DNA of 64,000 nucleotides, taken from assembly GCA_020137815.1 (NCBI GenBank), contig CM035358.1, positions 5,828,001 to 5,892,000 on the forward strand, written 5' to 3'. The position numbers and the translations under genes are program-made. A model generated the notes under the pieces. It worked only from the letters and a program-made list of their open reading frames with translations, was not told the DNA's origin and made no database searches. Below are positions 63,127 through 64,000 of the stretch, one piece after another (the stretch's first letter is position 1; every line of letters begins with the position of its first letter). The stretch is from Hormiphora californensis. Taxonomy: Eukaryota; Animalia; Ctenophora.

Positions 63127-63266
63127 AAAACACAGATAGAGGGGTAAAAAATACAGATAGAGGGGTAAAAAACACAGATAGAGGGGTAAAAAATACAGAT
63201 AGAGGGGTAAAAACACAGATAGAGGGGTATAAAAACAACAACGAAAAAAGATAGAGGGGTAAAAAA
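63127..63266 (+). repeat. ~21-bp minisatellite
   Basis: (aaaacacagatagaggggtaa)n. Confidence 0.85.
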
Positions 63267-64000
63267 GGTTTAAAAACAACCTAAAGGTAATAGAAAAGAG
63301 TTGTAAAGCGGATATCGGCAAAACAATGAAGTATTGTACTTTTGAAACAGACAGATGCCAAAGTAAAGACAAAAGATGTTTAATCCAGAGTGACAAATAA
63401 AACAGGTTTCTAGCACGGCCTTCTATAACTACAGATTGAACATGTTGATGACCATGACCTGATTATGCTATGGGAAAGCTATAAAGTTTGGTAAAACACG
63501 ACGTACTAAAGAAGATCCATTCTTTAGAAACAATTAGCACAGAATATGAGAGACATTGGTAATTATGTTATAATTAGGTTGTCGACGGTATGATTATTTA
63601 ATTGACTCTTATAAGACGTCTTATAGTTTTGCCTAGCTCGACCCTCTTCGCGAGGAAGGGTTAGAACATAACAATTATAGTTATACAGACACACCTCGAT
63701 CTAACGGAATCTTTGGGGAAGGATAAATCCACGGAAAATTAAGGGTACGGTAAATCGAGATATAAATCAAAGACTAACATGAACGAATCAAAAGGTTTGA
63801 TAATTGATAATGCAAACTCGCTGTTGCATTATAGGAAGCAACCAAATCTATACACATATAATGGCCACGTTCGTGATAGGAAACGAATAATAATTTATGG
63901 ATATTTCTTCCCTAAAAGCTCTTTCATCAGCTGTGATGCACATGCTGCCGCGGGGCGGATGCTTTTGTTGGGTAAATTTATCCAGCTAGTCGACTGCACG

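Overview
Eukaryotic, intron-containing animal genomic DNA, very probably a ctenophore (Pleurobrachia/Hormiphora-like), because it carries sequences matching ctenophore spliced-leader (SL) exons as I recall them. Host genes: a rearranged SEL1L3-like gene, a short mitoguardin-like gene, a PQ-loop protein, a tightly packed CNOT9 / RAD51AP1-like / TM9SF3 cluster, an intronless ferric-reductase/NOX-like gene, syntaxin-16 and one unidentified gene. The rest is mostly transposons and repeats: an intact CR1-type LINE, an internally deleted relative, a decayed L2-type LINE split by a 3-kb long-TIR DNA transposon, hAT MITEs, palindromes, satellites and a foldback array. The main finding is that all three LINEs with intact 5' ends begin exactly with an SL exon (two SL variants, two LINE clades), with no splice donor after it. 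They look like cDNA copies of SL trans-spliced RNAs, suggesting retrotransposons that exploit trans-splicing instead of carrying their own promoter. All homology calls come from motif recognition, not database searches.
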